Origin: Paramecium tetraurelia
Lineage: Eukaryota
Length of the DNA: 64,000 bases
Reading direction: 5' to 3'
Assembly: GCA_000165425.1 (NCBI GenBank)
Contig: CT868675.1
Coordinates: forward strand, 124,001 to 188,000
Made by a program: the position numbers and the translations under genes. Shown here in pieces: positions 39,373-51,877 of the stretch; positions within the stretch are counted from its first letter, which is position 1, and each line of letters begins with the position of its first letter. The notes beneath the pieces are model-generated. The model was not told the DNA's origin. It made no database searches and saw only the letters and a list, made by a program, of their open reading frames with translations.

Positions 39373-40806
39373 ATGAGTTCAATTGAAACACAATAAGAGT
39401 TATGTAAATTTTTCTAGATCATTATTAATGGAATGAGGTATGTCAAAATATATAATTAGAGACGACTAGATCGATGTTTAGAATTTATATAAGAAATAAC
39501 CGATTATGAATTCATTCCATCCTTTTTCAAGAATTCAGTTTGTAGACTAGATCAATTGTCAGATTACTTATTAAAATATTAAATCGAAACCCAAACATAT
39601 GAGTTGAAAGATTTGATTAGTCGTCTAGGTGGATTTGAAGACAAATTATTGTTTTCCAAATTCTAAGAGAGGTACCTTCGTTAGCCAGGCAACATTCAAA
39701 AAAAGGAAGCCGACATTACCTTTTTAAGATTATTGTTCGAAGAAATAAAATTAGAAAGATAATTAGATGAATAAAGAATTAAAGTACTCAAGAGATGGGA
39801 TTATAATGCTTTAGTACTTTTTAAGAAGTTATCATTTGGAACAAACTTAGTGGACTTATAAAAGCTGAAGAAATTCTTTATTAGGATCAGATAAACTGTA
39901 ACGGATGAAGAAATAGAACTATTATTAAAGAGAATCGGTAGAGGAGATGCCAATATAATGACATATGAGGATTTTAGTTAAGCCATTAAAACATAAAGAT
40001 AGAGATCATCAGACAAAATAGAGATTCCTTTAATGAAAATAAGTACAATCATTAAAAGAGAACCTTAACATTAAAGTTACATGGAGAAATTGAGAAGACG
40101 GTATAAACCACTTTAAACATAATAATCAGTTGTTATTTAAAAAATAGAAAATAAAGGGTGTCACACTCCTAGAGCTAAAACACCCACGGCCACAACTCGA
40201 ACTACTGAAACAAAGTAGGTTCGAACTAGAACGAGAACTCCAAATTAAAATACAGAACCTAGATCTTTTACTAATGAATCTAAGGAACTTAATACTTTAA
40301 TGTCTGTTTACTTAAATTAGCAAAGGTGTTTGTAAAATGTAATGGCTTAATTGGAAGAAGTAGTAGTTTTGAAATCTTTAATTTCGAAGAATTGGCATCA
40401 AGAATGGTAAGATTTGGGGGTTAATTCGAAGAATATTTCGCAAGAGTTATTTACAAATGTTCTCACTTATTATGATGATAGACAACCATTATAATAAGAG
40501 ATCAAAGTGACAGATCTATAAAGTTCAGTCTAGATTGTTGCCAATAATTTGTTTGAATTATTAAGTGAATAAGAACAGCAATTGCAAAAAGCCAAATTAT
40601 AATTTTTGAGAGAGGGGAACCTAAGTTCTTTAGATAGGTACTTCCATAAAGGATATATGGATGTACTAGATGTACTTTAGATTTTAGAACATTCGACAAC
40701 TAGAAGTGTGAGTTTGATGGATGCAGAATTAATGATTGCTAAATTTAATAAATTTGATGGCAAAAAGACGATAACAAGAAAAGCACTATTAAATGAATTA
40801 ACCTGA
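39373..40806 (+). CDS. Degenerate EF-hand repeat protein
   Basis: Recurrent EIKLERQLDEQR...YNALVLFKKL...EEIELLLKRIGRGDANIMTYEDF and IFRTFDN...LMIAKFNKFDGKKTITR. Confidence 0.7.
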
Positions 40807-40815
40807 TATAAATGA

Positions 40816-41508
40816 TCATAATTCACTTTTTGCAAAATATTCAACTTTCTTATCTTGATCTGGGACAATAGTTCTTTACCCAGGTTTCCAATTTGCAGGG
40901 CATACTTCACCATGTGTATCTGTGTATTAAAATGCTTAAATCAATCTTAATGTTTCATCAACTGATCTTCCTACTGGAGCATCATTTATTTGCAATGTTC
41001 TTACTAAGCCTTTTTTGTCTATGATGAACAATCCTCTTAATGAAGCACCATATAATTCATCCAATTCATCTTCAACTAACACACCGTATGCTTTTGATAT
41101 CTTCTTGGAAATGTCTGCCAACAATGGAATTTGAAGATCTCCGACTCCTCCTTGATTTCTTGGAGTCTTCAACCATGCCAAATGAGTAAAATGGGAATCT
41201 GTGGAAATACCTAATACTTCTGCACCCAAGGCTCTGAATTAGTCGATTGCGTTTGAAAAGGCCACCAATTCTGTTGGGCATACGTATGTGAAATCAAATG
41301 GGTAAAATAACAAGACCACATACTTTCCTTGGTAATCGGAGAGAGATATCTTTTGGAATTTCAAATCTGGGGTAACTGCTGTAGCGCTAAAGAAGGGGGC
41401 CTTCTGTCTTGGCATCAAATTCAGATTTCCGTATGCGAACCTTGCGACAGGTGCATCTTCTGAGAAACATATTGTAAGTAGAAGCAACAAAGGCAATACC
41501 TTAATCAT
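40816..41508 (-). CDS. Typical 2-Cys peroxiredoxin with signal peptide (PRDX4-like)
   Basis: [13 protein letters not shown] (peroxidatic Cys) and [11 protein letters not shown] (resolving Cys); hydrophobic leader [16 protein letters not shown]; ends KSEL-TGA. Confidence 0.95.
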
Positions 41509-41519
41509 TATGATTATTA

Positions 41520-42129
41520 ATGTAAGAATTGTAAGAATTTCTCGATAAATAGAAAGATTTGAATTTCAAAATGCTTGAGGATATGTTATCATCTTAGAGT
41601 CTTCAAATCCATAACCTCTCCATGGGACTCAAATCTTTTTAGCATTGTTTAGAGAACTTTCAATTAAAGCGTAGATCTAGAAACAAGAACTTATTCAAAT
41701 TGTACAGCAATGACGAAGCAAGCATATTTATTCATCTGGAAAAGGATATTTAAAACATATACTGCAAATCTGAATTCGCACTTTCTATTTCTTTGAGAGA
41801 TTATTCTGGCAATTTGACAAAAAATGAAGAATACACAGTCTACATTAAATTGTACCCTATTCCTCTAATGAAGATTTTCAGCAGATAAATTTCCTAAAGA
41901 AATCACTGTCAACTCCCAAGGAAAGCCCCTTCTACTTGGAAGGACCAAATTGCTACTAAAAGGAAAAGGAGAATTCAAAAAGCTACAGATCACAGAAGTT
42001 TTATTATTATTCATATTTTAGTAATCATCAAATTTTCCCTTAGGCAAATTTGCATTAGTTTTATATTCTAACTCACCAGATGTCTAGTCTTTAATATTAG
42101 AAAATATAGTGGTATAAAAGAAAAAATGA
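41520..42129 (+). CDS. Coiled-coil plus Ig-fold (CudA-like) putative DNA-binding protein
   Basis: Model with three short introns gives ...[17 protein letters not shown]...[23 protein letters not shown]...[13 protein letters not shown]. Start could be 41520 or 41571. Confidence 0.55.
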
Positions 42130-42157
42130 AAAATATATTTTTTAATAAAATTAATCA

Positions 42158-42418
42158 ATGGACCACGAGAATCTCTTTTTCAAAGCAGTGACACAGTGCT
42201 ACAAGTGTTGGGAGCTCAATCCTGAATCTTCTTGTTATTCCACCTGTGCAAATGAATACTTAATTTATAAAAAGGGGTTGTAGTTGATATAAAATGAAAA
42301 CAAAGTCTGTTTGGAAGCTTGTAAAAATGATAAAAAATGTATAAAGAAATGTGAATCAGAATTAAATACTAATCAGAAATCATTATTAAAATTATTAAAT
42401 AGAATTCAACCTAAGTGA
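42158..42418 (+). CDS. Small helical Cys-motif protein (FAM136/small Tim-like)
   Basis: 86 aa with CYKC, CYSTC, CLEAC and CIKKC motifs. Confidence 0.65.
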
Positions 42419-42519
42419 TACTTTTGCATAATAATAATTTTTATTATATTATTTATATCATTAATCATAATTCCACTTTATTAGGGCACCTTATTATTTA
42501 TTCTTTTATTAAATTGCAA

Positions 42520-45099
42520 ATGATTGGAAAAGATCAACTTCAATAGGAAGAATTATAGTATGATTCCAACATCTCAACCATTAATTGTCATCAACTTAAA
42601 TAATAAAATGCTTTTCACAATTTGATTGTTGTTCAACTCTTTAATTCACAAGAGAAAATAAATGATGAAACTATTCAAAAAATTATGTTTGAAGCTCAAA
42701 AATTATCCAATACTCGATATTTATTGATAAAAACAAAAAAAGATTATATTGGAATTAACTATTACATTATGCTTTTTGATCATCACAATAATCTAAATAC
42801 TATTACAGAGGGAATGGCAATTCTTGTCTATGGTAATTTTAATAATGATAACACAATTTATTTCAATTAAAGAATCAAAAATGATCATTTTTATGTTTTG
42901 GAGCCAAAAACATTAGTTTCTGCTACCAAATTAAGTAATCTAGCATATTGTAGAAGGAAATAAGTCCTCAAAGATTTTTTTAAAAATTAAGTTTTTGGTA
43001 CAAACCCAAACAAATTAAGAGGCAATTTTTTGCATTACTTGTTCTAAAATGTTATAAAATCAATTAATGACTATTATGAATATTTTTAGTATGTAGATGA
43101 ATAAAATACAGAAGAATTAGATTTAACTCAAATCCCAGTCTTGTTGAGAGTACTTTTTGAAGAAATCAAATCAAAATTCTTGATAGAAATATATTCTGTA
43201 AAATAAAAGTTGGATAAAGATATGGAAATAAGTTTATTCTAGGGAATTATTAATACTTTAATTTGGATTAAAAAATTTGTCATTAAACAATTACCTATTA
43301 TATAATAGGTTGCGGAATAAAAATATGAAATCAAATTTATAAAATGGATAGAAAATGAAAAAAATATATAATCATCCATTTTTGGCTTAGTTGGAGTTGT
43401 TGATTCGATTATAGAAGTTAATCTAACTATAGATAATGTTGAGTAAAGAGTGTGTAAGATTCCAATAGAAGTAAAAACTGGAATTAAGTTAGCTTCTGAC
43501 AGGATTTAAGTGTATACATATTTGCTTTTAATGAATGAATACTATTAATAGAAAACTTAAATAGGATTGATGTTATATTTAAATAATTTAGATTATAAAA
43601 TCATTCCTTTTACTTTCTTTCAATAAAAAGACCTATTGTTTTTTAGAAATCATTTTATTTCAGAGTTATGTAATTTTAATAAATCAGAGGAAGATTATCA
43701 CCTTTTGCCATCACTTTAATTAGAGATCAAAACAGAAGAAGAATAGATTAAATGTTAGAAATGTGGAATAAGAGTTGTATGCTATGGTTTAAATTTATTA
43801 AAAAATTAACCTAAATTTTAATTTACAATTTATAAATATTAATAAATGGAAAAATAGTTTAATGATTAAACTAGGCATTATTTAAATAGCATGCTTTAGA
43901 ACCTAAGATCAGAAAAGCAAGCATAAGTATTTTCTTAAATTGAATATGAAATTAAATAAAAATAAAGATTTAACGATACGCATGAAATCCATTATATATT
44001 ATCATCAAAAAACACGTTTCTTGAGGGATAAGCACGTAAAATTTTAAAAGAGTAATTTCCTACAAATAAAGAATTAAGCCTTGAATGTAAGAGAACTTAA
44101 AAAAGCTATCAATTCATTTTGAAAAAGTAACCAAATATTATTTAAAAATACTTATTAAATCAGACATCTAGGTCAGAAGTTCTATAAGATGATGATCTTG
44201 AATATCTGATACGCATGCATGTTCAAGATAAAACAGAACTAAGTACATTTGGTAGTCCATTAGAGGTAGAGGATACACTAATACAAAAAATATAACCATC
44301 AAATCCATTTAAGCATTACAATTTTATCACATTTGAACTCGCAACTAATAAAAAATGGTAAAGAAAAAAAGAAATTCTTATGTTAGGTTATACCCCTTAA
44401 TTTAAGAGTAAATCACAACTGGATGAAGGCATATAAAAATCTGTTTAATTAATTTTAGATGATTTTAAATCAGATTTAAATGAAAATTAATTTAAAGCAA
44501 TTTAATTAAGTCTACTCGCTGAAGATTTTGTTTTAATTTAAGGACAATATGGAAAAAGAAGAATGTTAACCTATTTATTATTCTTATTAGGATCTACAAA
44601 GAAAAAAATATTATTTTGCTCTGTAGATGATGATATTTTAGATGAATAAATAAATGATTTCATCGAAACATTTCCAAATGAGTCTGAATGGATTTTAAGA
44701 TTATAACGAGAAAAAGATTAGATTCCAGAAAATAATTAAAAATACACTTTTGAATTTAAAAGATTCTAAGATATGCAAGAAATCAATAATAAATTAGAGA
44801 ATAAGCATTTATATTTCTCCACTTGTTAATAGTGTACTGATATTTTATAATCAGATTCATATGATTATTGTATTGTTGATTAATCTACAAAAATTATAGA
44901 ACCATAATGTATTTCTTGTATCCTTAGAAGCAAAGTTTTTATATTACTATAGGATTCAGAATAAGAATAGCCATAAGTTAAATCATAAAAAGCTAAACTA
45001 TTATAAGTTAGTCTCTTTTAAAGATTATCATAATAGTTTAAGAATATAGGATGCCTTGTAGATTTGGATTAGGAAGGGATCAACAAATAATTTCAATGA
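42520..45099 (+). CDS. DNA2-like nuclease with a degenerate, truncated helicase domain (859 aa, intronless)
   Basis: EPKTLVSATKLSNLAYCRRK, RGNFLHYLFQ, ENEKNIQSSIFGLVGVVD, PIEVKTG, QVYTY, KCQKCGIRVVC. The helicase remnant reads LNENQFKAIQLSLLAEDFVLIQGQYGKRR, YCIVDQS, VSLFQRLS. Confidence 0.85.
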
Positions 45100-45329
45100 A
45101 TTTTATATAAAAATTTAATCAATCACTTTTAATCAGTTTTTTAATTTATAAATAGACTCAAGGTATTATAAGTTAATGTTACTATCATACTTTTCGAATA
45201 ATTACAAATGACATTAGATTTTATAAGAGTGAAATTGTTTTAATTTATTTTGTTCTAAAAATCATTTTTTATATGAAAGCCTATGAATAAATCTAAAAAA
45301 AATTATGAAAATACTTGAGTTATTAAAAT

Positions 45330-45440
45330 TGTTAGCAATCTAACAATAAATATTTCCAACTTTAATTATTTGATTGTTGATCAGTCCTTAAAAATATTGA
45401 ATCTTGTATTTATTCAAATCAAATGAAGCCTATAAGTTAT
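45330..45440 (+). pseudogene. Decayed duplicate fragment of the DNA2-like 3' region
   Basis: CQQ...FNYLIVDQSLKIL here versus CQQ...YDYCIVDQSTKII at about 44824-44900. Shared nucleotide words TCTTGTAT and GCC(T)ATAAGTTA. Contains a frameshift and a TGA. Confidence 0.4.
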
Positions 45441-45644
45441 TAGTAATAAGGTAGTTTTAAAATAAACCTTGTATACAATAGTTCTGTTTTTTTGGTTGCA
45501 GAAATATTAACAGGTAACTCTTGAATAATCATAAAATTATTAAACGAGTTTATTGTATATTGTTTTTGTTGATTATTTGGAATTAACTCATTAAATTTTT
45601 AAATATTTATCTAATAATGATATTAATAATATTATTTAAATAAT

Positions 45645-47096
45645 ATGTAAATATATTAAGTCCTTATATTAATTGTTAGTGCTCTTGCATCTCCAATAAC
45701 TCTTAACGAACGTAGATACTTTCAAGATTAAAATGGAGCAATTAGAATTTTTCATGGATTTAATGTTGTCTATAAATAAGCTCCTTACATACCAAAAACG
45801 GAAGGGTTTGACTATATGGAGTCCTTTAGCGAAGAGGATTGTTAAATTTTAAGCAAGAATGGCTTTAATGTGATTAGACTTCATGTTTCATTTGAAGGAG
45901 CTATGCCAAAGAGAGGTGAATTGGATGAGGAATATTTAGATAAGATTTTGATGATTGTGAAAATGGCGGCTAAATACAAAATATATGTTATTTTGGATGC
46001 TCATTAAGACTTATTTAATAGGTAATTTTGTGGAAATGGATTTCCTGATTGGGCAGTTGATAAGAAAGACTTCCCATTTCCAAAAACTTTATAAATTAGA
46101 TTTAATGAATAAGGCTATCCAATATTAGAGGATTGTTATTAGTAAAAGTTTGCTTTATATTATTCTACAAATGATATTGGAAGGCATTTCGAGATGCTAT
46201 ATTCAAATTAGAATGGATTGGCTGATTATTATGGGTAATTTTGGTAAAGAGTAGCAGAAAAACATAAGGATGAATGGAATGTGATAGGATATGAAATTTT
46301 GAATGAGCCTTCTCCAGGAAATTTTTAAAAAGGCATAATTGACTTCTTTTGGCCAGGTCTTGCAAATTAAAAATATTTGGTTCCTCTTTATAAACTCATT
46401 CATAACTATATAAGAAAAGTTGATAATGAAAAATTAATATTTTTTGAATCTGATTTTCTTGATGTTTTAGGAGCTGGGTTTGATTCAAATATTGGTGGAC
46501 AAGAATATTTAGATAAAGAAGTGTTCAGTTATCATGTTTATTGTGGAATAGAGAAGATTTCGTCTGTATTTTGTAATAGGATTAATTAATTGATGTACTA
46601 CTTGAAAATGAGAAATGTTAATGATCTTAAAATAGGAGGTTTTTTGACTGAGTTTGGAGCAGTTGGAGATGATGAGCAATCTAAGGAAATACTTGATTAT
46701 ATACTTGACAAGGCTGATAGTTACTAATAATCTTGGACCTATTGGTAATATAAAGGATATAATGATCATACAACTATGTCGACCATGTATGAAGAAGGGC
46801 TTTTTTATGAAGATGGATCATTTTAGAAATAAAAACTTAGTGCATTAAGAAGACCTTATGCTTATTAAATTTGTGCTGACTCTATTGAAACCAATTAATA
46901 TTACTCTGAAACTAGAGAGTTTATGTTATCCTATAAATCAAAGGCAGGTTGTTAAACAAAAGTGTTTATTCCAAATGAGATTAATTAATCATAAGTCTTT
47001 GATTATAAATGCTTAAATTGCTAATTGCTTTTGATTGAAGATTAGCACTATGAAGTAGTGGGAGAAGGAGATATTGAGGTATATTTTTAATTATGA
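45645..47096 (+). CDS. Secreted glycoside hydrolase family 5, endoglycoceramidase-like
   Basis: Signal peptide; RIFHGFNVVYK, GFNVIRL, ILDAHQD, CGNGFPDW, GYEILNEP (acid/base), YHVYC, FLTEFG (nucleophile), WTYWQYK. Confidence 0.9.
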
Positions 47097-47117
47097 AATA
47101 TAAATAAATAATATTAA

Positions 47118-47836
47118 ATGGAATAAACTTCATTGGATTTTAACATAGATATATAGCCTAAAAGAATTACAGACCATATAGAGCCTGATGTGGATCTTAC
47201 TGTTGACAAATATGATTCAGTTTATCAAAATAACCAATAGGAAGAAGAGATAGAAGCAGCTAATGTAAATTAAACGACTAATATTGTTAGAAAGATCTTT
47301 TAGTGCAATAGTATGATATAACTGAAGCAGCTCATCCTTTTCTTTGTGTTGCTGCAGTAATACTTACTGGATTGCCAGGATTGTGTTTTATTGTTTTGTA
47401 GGATATGTCTAATACATATATGTTTGTTGGATTATTACAATTGGTGTAGTTTATTTTGATGAAGAATTATTTTGGATTGAAATTGGTTGGGTTGTGTTGG
47501 TGGCTTGAGGTCAAAGGTAAGAAATGGAGTGTCTAAACTTAATCATAAGAGCAATCGAATTAAGTCGATTAATATTTTTTTTGGGCATGTCTTGTTTATG
47601 GAACTATTTTTTGGGGAATAATGTGTTTAGGAGACTTAATTGGATTCAAAGCAATTTGGGTAATTTATTTAGATTATTTTAAAAAGTTGCCTTTACCAAT
47701 TATGTGTCTTTTATTAACTGCAACAAATTTCCAAGGATTTTACAAATGCAGAGGGGATCATAAGAAAAAATTATAGCAATTAAAAAGGGAAATGGCCAAG
47801 AGTGGTTTGAATATAGTGGGAATGATTATGAAATGA
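47118..47836 (+). CDS. TVP23: Golgi membrane protein TVP23 (DUF846) family
   Basis: AAHPFFC, KNYFGLKLVGLCWW, DQYFFW, TNFQGFYKC; two introns. Confidence 0.8.
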
Positions 47837-47874
47837 GATTAGATTGTTATTTATTAATAATTTTAAATTTAAGT

Positions 47875-50160
47875 ATGAACGACAGTGTCTAAGCAATACA
47901 AGAAAGTTATACTAGAATCAAGTTATTGAGTAATGATGTCTAGATTAAGGACTAAACAATTAATATACTTTAAGAAAGATTACAAGAGTTGGAAGAATAA
48001 TTGAGTTAAGCAATAAAATAAAAAGAGTATGGGGATCGGCAATTTGGTATTCTCTAAGAAGAACATGATTAGATGTTTGATAATTAATAGAAAAAAACCA
48101 AGTAATTGCAATAATTTAACCAATAATTATTGGCTGCATTGAAGGAAGTCTAAGATAAGAACTAAGAACTATTGGAGAAAGTCAAATTTTAAAGTTAGGA
48201 GTTATCTTAGAAGTAAATGACTCAACAAGAAGTGACTGAATAAATCTCCTTAATAAAAGATGCAGTCAAAGGACTAGAAGATGAATTATAATAATTAACT
48301 AAAAAGAATTCCATTTTAAAAAAAGAAAAACAAGAGGCTGAAACATAACTAAGATAAATAACATCTGAAAAAAACAAGTTTGAAAATAGTATAATAAATA
48401 TGCTTAAGCAATTAGAAACAGAGAATGAATTATTAAAATAAGAGTTAGAAGACTATCGATTAAGATTGGAATAGTAACATTAAGAATTGGTTGAACTAAA
48501 ATACGTCAAAATATCATTTGAGGATTTAGAAAAGAAAAATCAATAATTAAATGAACAATTCAATATTTAAGTTCAGACTGCTATGGAATGTGAAAAGAAT
48601 TATGCTTTGTAATTTGACGAAATGAACAGGGCAAATGAAAAACTAAGGAAAGAATGTGAAATTTAACATGATCAATATAAATAATAAAAAGATTACTCTA
48701 ATTAATTAGAATAGTAAAACAAAGAATTCTCAAAATTGTTTAATTATATTTAATAATAAATTGATGAAACTATTGCAGAATGTTTGGTTACTAAAAAAAA
48801 GTCAAATGTTTATGAAAGATTGTATGAAGGAAGAAAATCATCTTCTGCAACCAGTCGTAAATCGGTTCCTAAAAAGAAGAAGAAATATAGTTACAATCAA
48901 ATACAAATTGAAGAATTTTTTATTGATATCAAAGAAATCATTTAGAGTTTAATATCCACAAATACTCAATTAAAGGAAGAAAATGATTAAGTTTGTAAAA
49001 ACATTTAAGACATGCACAAAGTAGGTGAGTAACTTAGATACAAAATTGAATAATTGAATTCTGAGCATATCAAGGCAAGAGACTAATTACAATTAGAACA
49101 TTAAAATATAATCGAGTAACAGGAAGACAAAATTAATTAATTATAGGATGCTCTAGAGCAATAAAATCTAAAGGCATAAAAGGATCATCAATATATCGAT
49201 TAATTAATTGAATCATGTCATCAATATGATTAATAAATCTTAGAGAAAGAGAGGATAAATTAATAGTTTCTCTAATAAAAATAGGATTTGGCATAGGAAT
49301 TTGAAGAACTAAACAATTAATATATATAACTTCAAGTTGAATTCGAAGAATTACTTGTAAGAAAAGCAATTTCCTAAAACAAAGTAGCTTTAAGTTATAG
49401 TTTATTATCATATTTACTTAAAAATAAGAGAACTCAATTTTTGTTTTCACAATTAATTTAATATTCAAATTATATACATTATTTTGTCCTCCTAAGAAAC
49501 TAATTCTAGATTAGAAATCAGAATATTTACTTAAGATTCAGAAAAGTAGCCTATGCTATAATTTTTGTTAAAAAACTGAAAAAAGCCTTGTATATAAAGG
49601 ATGAAGTAGTAATCCTTGAATTTGACAATAATGAGATCATTGATTAGACATTTGAAAAGTTCATACCAATACTTCATGATATAGAAGAAGGAAAATAAAC
49701 AGGTTTAAATATTGTGAACAAAATGATAAAAGAGTTGAATTTCTAAATTAATAAATATGATTTGAAATATTAAGGAAGATCGACCAATTCATAAAATTAT
49801 TATTAGATTTTGAATTTTGCAAAAGAAGATATTCAAAAAAAAAATTCAATTGGAAGTCAAATTGATTATTATTAATAATAATTAAGTTCCTTATAAACTA
49901 GAGTTTATTAATTAGATGAATATGTGTAACAATTAGAATAAGAGTTATCAGAAAAAGTTAGCTTTTCAACAACTTAATAACAACAAGTCTATTTGTAGTA
50001 ATCGGAAGAATAATCAATCAACAAATTTAGAACAGATTCATCTCCCCCATAAAAAAATAATCTATCAGTATCACTACAAAATGAACTTATGTCAATTTTG
50101 AGTAAGAAATCTTCTGCAAATTTATCAAAGGCTGGTCAAATAGTTAAGCAAGGATTATGA
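47875..50160 (+). CDS. Long coiled-coil protein
   Basis: MNDSVQAIQESYTRIKLL...VKQGL-TGA; Q/E/K-rich heptads. Confidence 0.75.
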
Positions 50161-50200
50161 TTTATAATATTTATTCTAATTTAACTAAAAATCAAAAATA

Positions 50201-51772
50201 TCATTTATTATCTAGTGGTGTAATATTTTAAACTTTAGAACTAACTTCATTGTTAACATAATTAACTATGATTTGAAGATAATCTATTGCATCATTACAA
50301 TTATTGTCAATCTTTTAATTTTAGTAATAGTTTAGAATGCAATCAACGTAGTTTGGTTATACTATTTTTTTCAGATGTTAAGTCATCAATGCTTATACTT
50401 AAACTTAATTTTAATTTTGATTATTATTTCCTTGAAAATTTTAGGTTGATTCTATATTTGGTTAATTTATGATAGAGGTTATTTGTGGTTGAGTGTTAGT
50501 TAAAAATTGTGGTTAAAATGGAGGTTTCGGAAATGTTTAGGTGAATTAAAATTATTAAGGTTATAAAGTATTTAATTATATTTTTGAATTACTCTATGAT
50601 ATTGATTACTACGCCTATTAATTATTACTTAATTAAAATTATGGTAGATTTTAGGGTTAAGCCTTTTGATCTTTTGTAGGGAAAGATTAAATGCTTGGAA
50701 AAGTATTATGTTGTTGGAAGCTTTGGGGCTTTTGAAGGGTGGAAATAAAAGTACTGTTTTATCCTAAATTTGATTATAAAAATGTCGGTGCTTATATTTA
50801 TGGCTGGGTATTCATGTTAGCTTGGTTTTAAAGGACAAATTTAGTGTTAGGAGTATTATTATTGATAGTTTTCCTTTCATTGGCATCATCTTTAGGAATG
50901 ATAGGTTTGTCCTAGATAAGATTATTAAGTTCTTCAATGACTTAATTAGTATCATATCGTTATTCAGGATCAACTGTCATTGTACATTTGCATAATTTTT
51001 ATAACTTAGGATTTTTAATCCTATTGAATCTATTATCCTTATTTTTTTCTCTCGCATTAGATATTTAACTCTAACAATAACTATAAATTTATTAAACCAC
51101 TTCCTCTTATGAATCTCCTTAAAAAAACAAATCACCTGTTAGAAATTCATAGATGATACATCCAAATGACCAAATATCTACTTTAGTATTATACTAAACA
51201 TTTTTAGTAGGATCTTAAAAAGCAATTTCTGGAGCTATATAATATGGAGTACCAACTTTTTAAGTGACATTTTTACTAATTTGATGTTTAAGAAATCCAA
51301 AATCACACAGTTTCCATTTATCACCAACTTAAATAATATTTTCAGGTTTAATATCTCTATGAATATGTTTAAATTAATGAATCTCATTGATCCCAAAAGC
51401 AATCTATTAAATAATTTATATTTTCTGGGATTCATCCTTATTATTCGTAAATTAAATCTCTTCTAGTAAATTTTTGGAGCCCAATTCCATAACAAAGCAG
51501 TACTTTTTAAATGAACTATTCTTATCATAATCAACATCATAGTACTAGATGATGTGATGAAATTAATTGGATGTTTTTTTGAGTCTATACAAAAATTACA
51601 ATTCATCATCCCTAGTATCGTCCGAAAATTTTATTGCTACCTTTAGATTTGGTTGGTCTTATTTGTAACCTTTATATATCATTCCTTGAGCGCCTTATCC
51701 AATTTTTTCTTCGCATACATAAGATCTACCTTCTTAACTAGTATATATGAATGGCAAATTCTATTAATTCAT
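50201..51772 (-). CDS. Ser/Thr protein kinase with Q/N/P-rich low-complexity tail
   Basis: IGQGAQGMIY, VAIK, HRDIKPEN, LCDFG, GTPYYIAPE, DIWSFG. Confidence 0.9.
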
Positions 51773-51877
51773 AAAAATGAAAATTATTTATTTTTATTAA
51801 GTTATTATTTGATTGAAAAACTTGGATATTGTGCATATATGCTAATTATTTTAATTTGACGTGTTTTATTATTATTA

